DNA of 64,000 nucleotides from Eledone cirrhosa (Eukaryota). The stretch's first letter is position 1, and each line of letters opens with the position of its first letter. Where the stretch lies: assembly GCA_964016885.1 (NCBI GenBank), contig OZ024759.1:9362001-9426000 (forward strand), read 5' to 3'. Below the pieces are notes generated by a model. The model was not told the origin of the DNA. It ran no database searches and saw nothing but the letters and a program-made list of their open reading frames with translations. This document shows, piece by piece, positions 25,320 through 39,837 of the stretch. The position numbers were made by a program, and so were the translations under genes.

Positions 25320-25360
25320 CTGTCAATGTACATTTCAGGCTCTGGCCATCATCAGGACAG
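25320..25360 (-). ncRNA. Minimal type I hammerhead ribozyme motif (41 nt)
   Basis: CUGUC CUGAUGA U GGC CAGA GCC U GAAA UGUACA UU GACAG: perfect 5-bp helix I, palindromic loop. Confidence 0.8.
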
Positions 25361-25404
25361 TAATTCCTCTCTTGAAACAGGTGGATAATGAATCATCTCC
25401 TAGA

Positions 25405-25791
25405 GAAAATGCATTTATTCCCAAGATTCCCCTTATCCCTTCCTCTACTGAGCTGCCATTCAAATTCTCAAAATGTCAGTCTTTTTTGCTATGACCATAA
25501 ATAAAGCTCAGGATCAGAGAATCGGTTTTTGCCCATGAACAGTTGTATGTAGGTTGTTCATGAGTGAGAACACCTAGAAATCTTCATATACTATGCATGA
25601 AGGGTAAAATGAAGAATCTGGTGTATCTGGTGTATCTTGAAGATTTATTACTGTTTTCCTTATATCACACACACAAACTGCGGTCTTGTCCCATACTGTA
25701 AACCAGACAAACATCAAATACAATCATTTTCTTTTCTACCTATCTTATCTTACCATCTGTTTGCCTAGGCAAAGCTGGGAACCTCGGCTAG
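25405..25791 (+). pseudogene. Helitron RepHel Pif1-family helicase C-terminal remnant with 3' terminus
   Basis: FIPKIPLIPSSTELPFKF..FAMTINKAQDQ..FAHEQLYVGCS*V (compare Pif1 motifs FAMTINKSQGQ and HGQLYVACSRV); hairpin then CTAG|T at 25788-25792. Confidence 0.8.
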
Positions 25792-25799
25792 TATGCATT

Positions 25800-26885
25800 A
25801 TATAAGGCATATGACTGCATTCCTCGGGACCTGCTGTGGAAGGCTGTGCAGGAGTATGGGATCGATGGTCAGCTTCTTGCTGCCCTGATGTCTTTATACA
25901 AATGCCCGAGTATTTGTGTTCAGATAAATAGTGCTAAATCAAAACCATTTAATGTGGGAGTCAGACTCCACCAAGGGTGCGTACTGTCACCTCTCCTGTT
26001 CGTTATTTACATGAACAGGATTGACACAGCCTGACTAGAATACACAGCCGGGTTGGAAGTGGTTTCATGACTGGCAGGTGTAGAATCAGTTGCCTGGAAT
26101 TTGCAGACGACATTGTGTTACTTAACTCAACAGAAGTTGATCTTTGACTTGCATTTGATAGGTTTGATGCTGAGTGCTGCATGGCTGGAATGAAAATCAG
26201 TGATGTGAAAACTGAGACACTTTTCCTCTCATGGAAGCCAGTACAGTGCACTCTACATGTGAATGGAGTTCCACTGAAGTAGGTAGAGAAGTTCAAGAAC
26301 CTCGGGGCCGTGTTCACGAGTAATGGAAGGCAGGAGGCTGAATTAAGTGCAAGAATTGCAGGAGCTGGTGCAGTAATGCACCAGCTTCAGCATTCAGTAA
26401 TCAGAAGAAGTGGGAGGTAGGTGTAAAAGCCAAACTCGCTGTCTTCAATTCGGTTTTCATGCCAACCCTTACCTATGGTCATGAATCTTAGGTAATCACC
26501 AAAAGAATATGATCACGAATATGAGCAACCACAATGTGGTTTCCTTCGAAGGGTCTTTGGAGTAACATTACTCGATAGAGTACGTAGCTTGGAGATCAGA
26601 GAGTCACTCCAGGTAGAGTACCTACTTCTCCGAGAGATTACAGCTCCGACACTATGGGCATGTGGTTAGCACTTGACAGATTTTATGGGCAAAACCAAGT
26701 GGCAGGAGACCCAGAGGTAGACCCCAAGCAAGATGGTTGGATAATATCAATGAGCATGCTTCGTTCTCGCTTGGCGATCCAGTTGGATCAGCTGGAGATG
26801 GTTGCTTCTGACAGGACCCACTGGAAGGAGTGTTTGAGGACCCTTTTCCCACAGCCTTCTCAGGAATAAGTGGGTGAAGAAGATA
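25800..26885 (+). mobile_element. RTE LINE family 2, 3' 1.1 kb
   Basis: AYDCIPRD, LHQGCVLSPLLF, EFADD, TLTYGHES; ends gaagaagatagat. Confidence 0.85.
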
Positions 26886-26900
26886 GATATATATATATAT

Positions 26901-27323
26901 ACGATATTAAACAAATGGAAACTATATTTATAAAACCATATTTATTTCATTATACATATTTCAGGGATACCATATTAAAAATATGGCATGCCTTCGTCAG
27001 ATAAAATACAATATATAAACAGTTTTATAAATAATTTTGACGTACCATAATATAAGCGACCATTAAATTAGGAGGCTGCCTATATTATGGTACGTCAAAA
27101 TTATTTATAAAACTGTTTATATATTGTATTTTATCTGATGAAGGCATGCCATATTTTTAATATGGAATCCCTGAAATATGTATAATGAAATAAATATGGT
27201 TTTATAAATATAGTTTCCATTTATTTAATATCGTATATCTACGCCAAAAACTTGTCGAGTGCTTTATATCAGTTATAAAATATTTACTTGTTGTATCCCA
27301 ACAATTTTAAATAAAACTTTTGC
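26901..27323. mobile_element. Fold-back element family D with two hammerheads (- 26945-27006, + 27129-27190)
   Basis: About 150-bp inverted arms; cores CUGACGA and CUGAUGA; GAAA UAUGUA UA; tail contains tcgagtgct. Confidence 0.9.
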
Positions 27324-27341
27324 ATATATATATATATATAT

Positions 27342-27759
27342 ACGATATTAACAAATGGAAACTATATTTATAAAACCATATTTATTTCATTATACATATT
27401 TCAAGGACACCAAGTTAAATTATGGTGTGCTTTCATCAGATAAAATATAATATAGAGCAGTTTTATAAATAAATATTGACATACCCTTAAAGAATGCAAC
27501 CATTACTGTTGGAAGCTCCCTTTAAGGGTATGTCAATATTTATTTATAAAACTGCTCTATATTATATTTTATCTGATGAAAGCACACCATAATTTAACTT
27601 GGTGTCCTTGAAATATGTATAATGAAATAAATATGGTTTTATAAATATAGTTTCCATTCGTTAATATCGTATTTTTACTCCAATTATTTGTTGAGTGCTT
27701 TTTATCAGTTATAAAAATATTTGCTTGTTGTATCCCAACAAATTAAATAGAACTTTTAC

Positions 27760-27760
<1 letters not shown>
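27342..27760. mobile_element. Fold-back element family D with two hammerheads (+ 27567-27627)
   Basis: About 148-bp inverted arms with a different helix II and centre from the neighbouring copy; between (TA)n tracts. Confidence 0.9.
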
Positions 27761-27794
<34 letters not shown>

Positions 27795-27849
27795 CATATA
27801 CGATATTAAATAAATGGAAACTACATTTATAAAACCATATCTATTTCAT

Positions 27850-28019
<170 letters not shown>

Positions 28020-28305
28020 TATTTATATATATGTAAGTATGCTTTGAAACAGCGAGAGAGTTTGAAATTAGAAATAGAAGCTTTCGCCGGATTTTTGACT
28101 AAAGAAATTTTAGCCTGACAGTGGGGTTTAGAATCCTCTAAGAAATGGAAAAAGATTAGTACTGATGTGTACACACACACACACACACAGTAAATGTGAT
28201 TGGCGTTAGGAGGGGCATCCATCTGTAAGAATCTAGCCAGAAACAGTTCTATATGGGCAAAACACGGTCATCTTACCCAACTTGCCTCAAATGGGTATAT
28301 ATTTA

Positions 28306-28378
<73 letters not shown>

Positions 28379-28382
<4 letters not shown>

Positions 28383-28428
28383 ATAATAATAAATTTGAAG
28401 ACTAAAATCCAAAGAGGGCTCGATAAGG

Positions 28429-28471
<43 letters not shown>

Positions 28472-28590
28472 AACCGTAGAGCAAATATTTATTAAAATAA
28501 CATTAAAGTTTAAGCAAAGTTTCAGAAGATCCCGTTAAGGGTGAAAGCAGCGATTCTTTGCTTAAACTTTAATCTGTTATTTTAATAAAT
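28379..28590. mobile_element. Fold-back element family E in (TA)n
   Basis: Inverted arms tttattaaaataaca..aaagtttaagcaaag / ctttgcttaaacttt..gttattttaataaa; centre cagaagatcccgttaagggtgaaagc is hammerhead-like; copies at 30803-30862 and 54326-54481. Confidence 0.7.
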
Positions 28591-28944
28591 ATATATATAT
28601 ATATAGATAAATAGATACATATAAGTGTGCATATGTGTCTACTTGTGTCCCACATTCAAGTAGTTCGACAAAACGAGAAAAAATTGTTACCAGACTTGAA
28701 AAGAAATAATTACTGGGATCGATATGATCAGGTAAATATGAAGCCATTGCTCCAGCAACACTGCCTGCAGTTAATGGCTGAAACTAGTAAAAGACAATAT
28801 TTTCTCCTCAATTCTGTAATTTTTGTTGCTTTTCTCTGCTTTACTTAGGACATTTCTTCAGACGTCATTTTATTTTCATATGTTCGATATTTTTAATATT
28901 ATTTTTATTTTCATTGTTATGAAGCTAGTTGTTTCCATAGCAGT

Positions 28945-29268
28945 TTCTATCTTCTCGTCTGTCTATCTTCTTGCCTGTCCATCTTCTCATCTGTCTATCT
29001 TCTTGTCTGTCTATCTTCTCTGTCTATCTTCTCATCTGTCTATCTTCTCGTCTGTCCATCTTCTCATCTGTCTATCTTCTTGTCTGTCTATCTTCTCTGT
29101 CTATCTTCTCGTCTGTCTATCTTCTCGTCTGTCTATCTTCTTGCCTGTCTATCTTCTCTGTCTATCTTCTCATCTGCCTATCTTCTCATCTGTCTATCTT
29201 CTCATCTGTCTATCTTCTCGTCTGTCTATCTTCTCTGTCTATCTTCTCGTCTGTCTATCTTCTCGTCT
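28945..29268. repeat. CT-rich 14-16-bp minisatellite (tctgtctatcttctcg)n
   Basis: Direct inspection. Confidence 0.9.
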
Positions 29269-29489
29269 GCTTGTGATATAACTTTAATGGCTTCCCTTCC
29301 TCTCTTCACAATTCTTTTACACACTTTTCTGTCTTTCCTGCCACATTCTTCCCCTGTCTTGGAGGAGCAATGTGGCGGCATGCTTCTTTTGGGTCAAAAA
29401 CATAAACACAAACTTTTTCCTCTCTGTTTATTCTTCACTTGTTTCCTCAAAGTTTACCATCATCCGTTGGTATATATCTATTACGCAAT

Positions 29490-29760
29490 TTACACCTGAT
29501 GAGGGCACCGGGTTCTTATGCAACATGGCCATTGAAATGTGCATAATGTTTACAGTAATAAAAAATTTAAGAAATTCAGCATATTTGACCTCCTGTCATT
29601 TCACTTTATAATACATTTACTCCATTCACACACCACCAACATGATTCAACATCGAAGATGGATCAGTTGCATAACGTCAAGTGCTTTCCTCTTATTACAT
29701 CATGATAAACATTGCAGAATGACCAATTCTACCCAGTGGTAAACCACCAAATTTAAACGT
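29490..29760 (+). mobile_element. PLE-derived family F fragment with hammerhead at 29491-29550
   Basis: CUGAUGA [GGGCACCGGG..AUGGCCAUU] GAAA UGUGCA UA; homologous to 5050-5297. Confidence 0.7.
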
Positions 29761-30214
29761 ATATATATATATCTCGTCTGCGACTTCACAGAACTTATGT
29801 TTACCGAATTCGCAGACCAGACCCCTTCTTCCTCCCGTTAGACCTGTGCGAAATTCCTTCCTTGCTCACATTTCAACCAGGTTTGATGGTCTTTATTCTC
29901 TCGTTCACGATTTCACTGAACTTAAATTCATAGAAATCTGGGACTTGTCTCCTTCTTCCTCACTTTCTGTTGCTTCACCATTTTGTTTGTTTACCCTCAC
30001 GTCCCCTTTATTTACGTGTCCCAACGACTTTTTTTAGCCGTTGCTCGCACCAACCGGAGGTATATGGTCTTTAAAGCGATGAAATGCCTATGATAGTTGG
30101 AAGATCACTGATGAAGGACAAACTTTTTTCATATGTAACCCATTTGCAACTCCGCAGTGCCCTTATTATCGTATATATATGTATATGTATGTATGTATGT
30201 ATATATATGTGTGT

Positions 30215-30795
30215 ATCATCATCATCATTATTTTACGTCCGCTTTTCCCTGCTTGCAAGGGTGGGATGGATCCTATTTAGCACAGCATCTCTCCTTCATC
30301 ATCTCCTCAGTGAGTTTCAGCGATCTGAGGTCTGCTCTCACCACCTCCGCCCATGTTTTTCGTGGTCTACCTCTACCACGTCTTCCTTCAACTGGGATTT
30401 CTTTGGCACTACTTTACCCAGCGGTCATCCTCCATGCGCATCACATGTCCATACCACCTCAGCATTCTCTCCTGCACACCACAACTTATCCCTCTTATAC
30501 ACAGTTTCTCTCTCAACACATCACATGTCCATACCACCTCAGCATTCTCTCCTGCACACCACAACTTATCCCTCTTATACACAGCTTCTCTCTCAACACA
30601 TCACATGTCCATACCACCTCAGCCTTCTCTCCTGCACACCACAACTTATCCCTCTTATACACAGCTTCTCTCTCAACACATCCATGCTCAGTCACTCATG
30701 CACATTAACATTGCACATCCAACGGAGCATGCTTGCTTCATTTCTTTCCAGCCGTTGCATATCCTCCACAGTTGCTGCTCATGTCTCACTACCAT
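30215..30795 (-). mobile_element. RTE LINE family 1, 3' fragment with an internal 80-bp triplication
   Basis: Family 1 sequence; unit starts at 30439, 30519, 30599. Confidence 0.9.
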
Positions 30796-30888
30796 ATTTA
30801 TTATAAGAACAGATTAAAGTTTAAGCAAAGAATCGTTGCTTTCACCCTTAACGGAATTTTCTTATATATATATATATATATATATATA

Positions 30889-31355
30889 TCATCACCATCA
30901 TCATTTAACATCTATCTTCCATGCTAGCATGGGTTAGATGGGTTTGTCAAACTTGAGGCAAATTGGGTCGGGTGACTGTGTCTCGCTCATATAGGACTGT
31001 TTCTGGCTGGTTTTCTACAGCTGGATGCCCTTCCTAACACCAACCTCATTTACAGTGTGAGCTGGATGCTTTTTACCATGTCTCCTACACGACCACTTTA
31101 CAGTGTGGACTGGGTGCTTTTTGTCGTGACACCTACACGACCACTTTAGTGTGGACTGGATGTTCTGCGGTACCATCATAACTTTACAGAGAAAGGGTGG
31201 TGTGGACGGAAGTGGGGGGATGGTGTAGGGGTGTGGGGGTGTATATTGGGTTAAAAGGTGCCTTGAATGTAGGTTTAAGCTCGTACGTAAGGGCAGGCAG
31301 GTCTTCTGTATTGGTGTATAGCGCCAAAGATCTTGATCCTGTGACATTGTGGAGA
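30889..31355 (-). mobile_element. RTE family C 3' end, diverged
   Basis: TMSQDQDLWRYTPIQKTCL then the family C body and tail. Confidence 0.7.
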
Positions 31356-31408
31356 TCATTATACAACCCCAGTTATATATTCATTATATAACTGGGGTTG
31401 TATAATGA
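31356..31408. repeat. Perfect hairpin with 23-24-bp arms
   Basis: cattatacaaccccagttatata ttcat tatataactggggttgtataatg. Confidence 0.85.
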
Positions 31409-31708
31409 ATCATATAAGAAATGTTGATGTAAACACTGTAGCCTCTCTACATGTTTATGGCCCTTAAGTTAGTGGTTCAATAAAATAGGGGATCAATAAG
31501 TGCCAGACTTTGGACCAACTGCTGGCCTACTGACCTGAAATCAGTCAAGTGAGACATACAATAGTATTTAGATAGTAAACAGGGGAAGGGGGAATATTAT
31601 ATAGCAATATATCAGAAATTACTGAAGCGTAGCATAAGTTCATATTCCTGTCCTGTAAATCAGTGAAGCGGTTCAGCCATGTCTCCATGCAACAATAACT
31701 GGCATGTT

Positions 31709-31756
<48 letters not shown>

Positions 31757-31941
31757 GTATATATAAATAAAAAAGAAAATTTCGTTCTGCATGGCTGAAT
31801 ACAATAAATGTAATCTGAGTTTTTCGGATATTATTAATAACATTTGATTCGTTTGCAATTATGCAAACAAGCCTCAATTTTATAGCCATGTCAGTAGAAT
31901 GAACCCTTCATTCTTGCTCTTGTGTTGGCATGTAAACTGAA

Positions 31942-31985
31942 CTGCAGACACTACTCTTTCTGGGTATTACCCTTCATCAGTACAG
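31942..31985 (-). ncRNA. Minimal type I hammerhead motif
   Basis: CUGUA CUGAUGA A GGGU AAU ACCC A GAAA GAGUAGUG UC UGCAG; helix III has a mismatch. Confidence 0.65.
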
Positions 31986-32009
31986 CTCACTGTTCACCTG
32001 CCAAACTGC

Positions 32010-32520
32010 CATCTCAGCCTTCTCTCCTGCACACCGCAACTTATCCCTCTTATACCCAGTTTCTTTCTCAACTCGTCTATGCTGGGTCATTCAGACACAT
32101 TTACACTGCACATCCAACGGAGCATGCTTGCTTCATTTCTCTCCAGCCGTTGCATATCTTCTGCAGTTGCTGCCCATGTCTCACTACCATGCAGTATCGC
32201 ACATCTCACACAGGCATCATATAACCATCCTTTCGTATGCAGGGAGAAACCCTTCTTTGTCAACAGAGGAAGCAGCTCCCTAAACTTCTTCCAACTCATC
32301 CTTATTCTAGATACTATGCCTCGGAACACTAGGTACTGGAAGCGATCAACAACTTTTATAGAACCCACCTGCATTTGAAAAATGTGTCTATCACTGCCAC
32401 TTCTACTGTCACATTTCCCTGTACATCTACTGCATATGTAGTTTTCCCTACCTGTTAGTTTGCCTGCTATCCTACTACGTCTCTTGTGTAACCAAGATCT
32501 GCATTGTGTACATTTTATAC
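32010..32520 (-). mobile_element. RTE LINE family 1, internal fragment
   Basis: IKCTQCRSWLHKRRS..YICSRC..WKKFRELLP. Confidence 0.85.
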
Positions 32521-32527
32521 ATATATA

Positions 32528-33396
32528 CAGGGTGTGGACGATACTTGTTTGCAAGATTACTGTCTAGGAAAAATTAACACAGTAGTTTTATTTTTTAAGA
32601 TATATTTTTCTAACTTGGGTCAGGTTGTCTTCATGACTTGTTCTTTCAATCTCACTCGATAAACCTGCCATTGGCTTTGATGACGGCCTCAAGGCGGCCT
32701 CAGAACCGACTACAGGCCTTCGTCACTGTCCCCCGACTTAGGCCCCTAAAGGCACTTGTGATCCTGGCCTTCAGATCGTCTTTCGTATTGCAGCTAGATC
32801 TGTTGGTGTCTCGTTCCACTGCGCCCCACACAAAGAAGTCGAGGGGGTTGCAGTTAGGCGAGCTGGGAGGCCAGATGTCAGGTGAAGTGTGGTCGACAAA
32901 GTTCTCTGAACGCCAGGCTTGGGTCTTTCGGTTGGTATGGCAGGGCGCTGAGTCTTGCTGCCACACATACGGCCTACCTGCAGCTACCTGGTCGATCCAG
33001 GGCTTTACTACCTCGCTCAGAACGTGGATGTAGCCATCGGTATTCAGCTTGAGGCCCTCAGGGAAGAAGTGAGGTGGCATGACGTCACCTTGACTGTTGA
33101 CGACACCTAAGACCAATGTTGTCGCTGGAAACTTTGTCTGCATGACTCTGGGCACGTCTTTGGATGAGACAGCGAGCCACCTGTTGTTCTAGGAGTTTCG
33201 GAAATTTCCTTATTTGTCCTCCCAGCGCGGATTCCACAAATTTGGAGGTTCAAAGATATTCATAATCAATTATTCTGAAAATAAATAATGGAAATATAGT
33301 CACTGTTTTTATGAAGACAAGAGTGACAACGGAAGTAAAAAAAATTTGCATAAAATTAGCAGTTGAAAATTGCGAACAAATATCGTCTGCACCCTG
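32528..33396 (-). mobile_element. Tc1/mariner DD37D (maT-type) transposon, internally deleted
   Basis: TIRs cagggtgtggacgatacttgtttgcaa / ttgcgaacaaatatcgtctgcaccctg flanked by TA; transposase remnant at 32700-33155 (WQQDSAPCH..WPPSSPNCNPLD) with 37 residues between the last two catalytic Asp. Confidence 0.9.
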
Positions 33397-34365
<969 letters not shown>

Positions 34366-34418
34366 TATATATATTAATTCAAATATTAACAAAATAGATA
34401 TTCTTGTGATCAATTACA

Positions 34419-34481
34419 TTTTATTATACATATTTCAGAGGTACTGAATCAAGTTCAACAGTACGTCCTCATCAGATAAAA
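34419..34481 (-). ncRNA. Type I hammerhead ribozyme motif, family D-related
   Basis: UUUUAU CUGAUGA [GGACGUACUG..CAGUACCUCU] GAAA UAUGUA UA AUAAAA. Confidence 0.8.
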
Positions 34482-34591
34482 TAAAATGATACATGACATA
34501 CCCTGACATGTTAGATGGTTAAGATTTAATCAAGGTAGATTTAATCAAGGTAAAACTCATTCTTTGATGTACTCATTGAATCTTGTTTAAC

Positions 34592-34663
<72 letters not shown>

Positions 34664-34860
34664 AAAACCACAGACCCTCCATCTCAACTCTACTTTTGAA
34701 AAGCAGAAGAACTGCAAAAGCGGTAAAGGAACCAAATAAATATATATATTTTTTTTAAAAATAAGACTCCATTTGCATTTTCGATTTCATCTTTTTTTCT
34801 TTATACTTTCACTCGTGTAGGACACCTCGGTTATTTTTCATTTTGTAAAAAAATCCTCAC

Positions 34861-34995
<135 letters not shown>

Positions 34996-37900
34996 CACAC
35001 GCACAACAAAATGCATTTGATCACAGGCCTACTAGGTCATGGCTGACCCGGTACTAAACAACAATAACGACCAAGTCCACCACTACTACCATCACCATCA
35101 CTACAACTACTACTACTACTACTAATAATAATAATAATAATACTAATACTAATACTAATGGAATGGCGAAGATCAGTGGGAATAATTATCCTCTTCTGTG
35201 TGGTGGCACACCCTGAGGTGGCTGTAGAGGCCAATCCTGGACCTGTGTGTACTTGGTGGTTGGGTGGGGGAAAGCTTTCTTCTTTGTTGTTTGTCTTCAG
35301 CTGCCGCCTTCCTGCCCTCCTCAGAGCTGGCTGCAGCTGTTTTACTGGTCACTCTCCATTTCTCTCTGTCCTCAGCCAGGTGTTCCCATTCCCTGTGATT
35401 AATATTGCCTTGGATCAGATGGCGTTTGATTTGGTCCTTGAAGCATTTTCAGGGGGCCCCTTGGTTTGGCTTGCCTTGCCGTAATTCATTGTAGAAAACT
35501 TCCTTTGGCATCCTAGAGTCGTTCATGCTCGAGACATGACCTGCCCAGTGGAGCTGGCTCAGCATCAGCATGCTCTCAACGCTTGTGATATTGGCCCTCT
35601 TGAGAACTTCCTCATTTGTTACGTAGTCCTGACAATGGATGCCTATGATGGAGCAAAGGCATCTCTCATTGAATCTTTCCAGTAGCTTGATCTGCTTCCA
35701 GTACAGGACCCAGCTTTCAGCTCCACAGAGGAGGGTAGTGACCACAACAGCTTTGTAGACTCTGATCTTTGTTGTGAGGCGTAGAGAAGGGTTCTGCCAC
35801 ACGCATTTCTGCAAACCTCCGAATGAGCTGCTGGCCCTGGCAATACGGTTGTCAACGTCCTTTGCTGAGGTAGCGTCGTTGGTAATGACACTTCCCAAGT
35901 ATGTGAAGTGCTCCACTGCACTGAGGGGGGTGCTCGTCGATGTTAATCTGTGGAGGGTGGTACTTATCATTTGCTGGGTTCTGGGACATGACTTCAGTTT
36001 TCTTGAGGCTGAGGGTCAAGCCAAAGGCTTTTGCTGCCCCAGAAAGGCAGCTGACAGCTACCTGGAGATCTTCCACTAGGTGTTCCAGAATGGCACAGTC
36101 GTCTGGGAACGGCAGATCCAGGATCAACTCCTCCAGTGTTTTGGTGTGGGTGAGCAGTCGTCGCAAGTTAAACTCACTTCCATAAGTACGGAACCAGATG
36201 TAAATGCCCTCCAACAGATCTTTCTTTGCTTCGTGGAGCATCATATTGAAGAAGATTGCAAATAGGGTTGAGGCAAGGACACAGCCTTGTTTCATGCCAT
36301 TCTCGATGAGGAATTGATGGGAGAGGCCACCATTGTGCTTCATCTGTCCCTGCTGTCCCGTGTGGAGTTGCTGGAGCATGGTCAAGAAAGTTGGCAGACA
36401 TCCAAGTCTGCTGAGGATCATCCACAGTCCATCCCCACTAACTCTATCAAATGCCTTCATCAGGTTAATGAAGGCAGCATGCAAGGCCATATTTTGTTCT
36501 CTACATTTCTCTCAGATCTTGTGGTGGACAAAAATCATGTTTGTGGTGCTGTGGTTGGCACGGAATCCACATTGGTTTTCTGGGAGGACATTCTCTGCAA
36601 TGGCCGAGATGAGTCTATTGAGCAGGACATGAGCTAGAAATTTGCCTGCAATTGAGAGTAACGTGATGCCATGGTAGTTTGAGAAGTCTGATTTTTGGCC
36701 TTTGTTCTTGTACAGGGATACTACTACGGCATTTCGGAGGTCTGTTGGTATCTCTCCCTCTGACCAGCACTGAACAAACAAGTCCATGAGCTTCTCAAGG
36801 AATGAGCCACTGCCATACATATACACCTCAATAGGAATACTGTTAACACCAGGAGCCCTGTGTGTTTTCAGGTGGGTGACTGCAGTCTTTACCTCCTCTA
36901 GGGAGGGTAGTGCATCCAACCCACTTTTGACTTGCAGCTGTGAGATGTTGTTGATTGAAGTGTCTGTTACCGAGCGTTTGTCTCCAAACAGGTTGCCATA
37001 GTGTTGAGTCCAGCAGTTCAGAATGGCCTTTTTGTCTGTGAGCAGCGCCGACCCATCTGCTGAATGGAGAGGGGCTTGTGTTTGGTGAATAGGGCCATAG
37101 ACCTTCCTGAGTACCTCATAGAAGGCTCTGGTTTTATCAGTATCTGCATAGAGCTGTATTCTCATTGCCTGTCCGCTAGTTATTCTGGATCTCCCTGAGC
37201 TGCTGCTGAAGGGTGCTGCAGGTTTTCCTGTATGTCGACCTGGCTGACTGGTTATTCGGACTCGACAACATTCCTCAGTGTGCAGAGCATTTCTCGTCAA
37301 ACCAGTCTTTGTTCTTCCTTGTAGAGAAACCCACCACTTTTGTTGTTATGTCCTGTGATGTCCTCTTCAGGTTGTTCCAATAAGTCTCTGGTTCAGTGTT
37401 GGGAGCTGCAATGGTGTTGAGCTTTGCTTCCAACTTTTCCTGAAATTTCAGCAAGGGGAAGCGATCAACATTGATTTTCTTGAATTGTGGGGCCATTTTC
37501 TTCACTGTTGGCTTGATTGTCAATCTGAGAGTTGATCATATGAGCCGATGGTCAATGTAACAGTCAGCACTCGGTATGCCTCTGGTATTCAGCACATCTT
37601 TTGTATCTATCTGTTGCACAAGGATATAATCCAGTAGGTGCCAATGCCTGGAGCATGAATGCCTCCATGTTGTTTTGAATTTGTATATTTTTGCTGGAAA
37701 AGGGTGTTGGTGATGGCCTGGGTGTGCTCAATGCATAGCACAGGGAGCAGCCAGCCGTTGTCATTGCAGTTTCCTATTCCATGCCCTCCGAGCATGCCAG
37801 GCCAAGTGGCATGGTCTCTGCCAACCCCTTAGTTGAAATCGCCCATGATGACGATTTTGTCAGAGCTGTTGGTTTCCTGGATGAGTGATCTCAGCTCACT

Positions 37901-38510
37901 GTAAAAGGATTCTTTTGCAGAGTAGTGTCTGCTTGGGGCATAGACACTAATGATAGTGAGGACTTGGTTGTCTTGCAAGGGAAGATGGAGAGACATCAGT
38001 CAGTCAGAGTGACCTACTGGGAGACCTTCAAGACGATTAGTGATATTGTTTTTTATCATGAAACCAACTCCAGACAGCCTGTGATCGTCATGGCTGCAAT
38101 GTCAATGCTCAGTCAATCTAGCTCCTTGGCTAGTAATGTTGAGCACCTCTGGGCAGTTGTTGTCGACAGAATCCTGCATGGTGCAAACATTCCAACATGC
38201 CAGTTTAAAACTTCTCGTTTTTATAATTTTCTTGTTTCAATGAGCCAACCAGGTAAGGGCGAGACAAGCTTTTTTAGACCACCTTTTCTAGGTCCGTCTC
38301 CTTGTGGAGAAAGCAGTACTGTCCATTTAGAGAGCTGCTTGGTCGCCCTGAGTGCTGCCAAATGTTGCTGTTGTCTCGTTCAGCAGGCAACCAACCCATA
38401 CATCTGAGCCGCCTACATGTGCAGTTGAGACTGCGACTTCCGGTCCATCTAGTACCTGTTGGTTCACCCCTTCTCCATCGCTGTAGGACTTTTAACCCTT
38501 TAGCATTCAC

Positions 38511-38697
38511 GTGGATTGGCAGTATCGGTAAGGGTCGGACGCCATGCTTTGAAGCATAGAGTTACCTCCCTTTATGATCTGAGTTCAAATCCCGCCGAGG
38601 TTAACTTTGCCTTTCATCCTTACGGGGTCGATAAAATAAAGTACCAGTAATGCACTGGGATAATTGCTGGCCTTGTGCCAAAAGTAGAAACAATTAT
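38511..38697 (+). mobile_element. SINE family A, full length
   Basis: A box, B box, body and tail. Confidence 0.9.
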
Positions 38698-39837
38698 TTT
38701 ATATATACTATTATATTTTCATGGTAAAGGCTTTACCTCACATAATATCTCACATAACATTTACATTACTCTATATATACTATTGTATTGTCACAGTAAA
38801 GGCTTTACCTCACATAATACCTCACATAACATTTACATTACTCTATATATACTATTGTATTGTCACAGTAAAGGCTTTACCTCACATAATATCTCACATA
38901 ACATTTACATTACTCTATATATACTATTGTATTGTCACAGTAAAGGCTTTACCTCACATAATATCTCACATAACATTTACATTACTCTATATTTACTATT
39001 GTATTTTCACAGTAAAGGCTTTACCTCACATAATATCTCACATAACATTTACATTACTCTATATATACTATTGTATTGTCACAGTAAAGGCTTTACCTCA
39101 CATAATATCTCACATAACATTTACATTACTCTATATATACTATTGTATTGTCACAGTAAAGGCTTTACCTCACATAATATCTCACATAACATTTACATTA
39201 CTCTATATTTACTATTGTATTTTCACAGTAAAGGCTTTACCTCACATAATATCTCACATAACATTTACATTACTCTATATATACTATTGTATTGTCACAG
39301 TAAAGGCTTTACCTCACATAATATCTCACATAACATTTACATTACTCTATATATACTATTGTATTGTCACAGTAAAGGCTTTACCTCACATAATATCTCA
39401 CATAACATTTACATTACTCTATATATACTATTGTATTTTCACAGTAAAGGCTTTACCTCACATAATATCTCTCATAACATTTACATTACTCTATATATAC
39501 TATTGTATTGTCACAGTAAAGGCTTTACCTCACATAATATCTCACATAACATTTACATTACTCTATATATACTATTGTATTGTCACAGTAAAGGCTTTAC
39601 CTCACATAATATCTCACATAACATTTACATTACTCTATATATACTATTGTATTTTCACAGTAAAGGCTTTACCTCACATAATATCTCACATAACATTTAC
39701 ATTACTCTATATATACTATTGTATTTTCACAGTAAAGGCTTTACCTCACATAATATCTCACATAACATTTACATTACTCTATATATACTATTATATTTTC
39801 ATGGTAAAGGCTTTACCTCACATAATATCTCACATAA
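38698..39837. repeat. 72-bp minisatellite, about 16 copies
   Basis: ttacattactc recurs with period 72. Confidence 0.95.
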
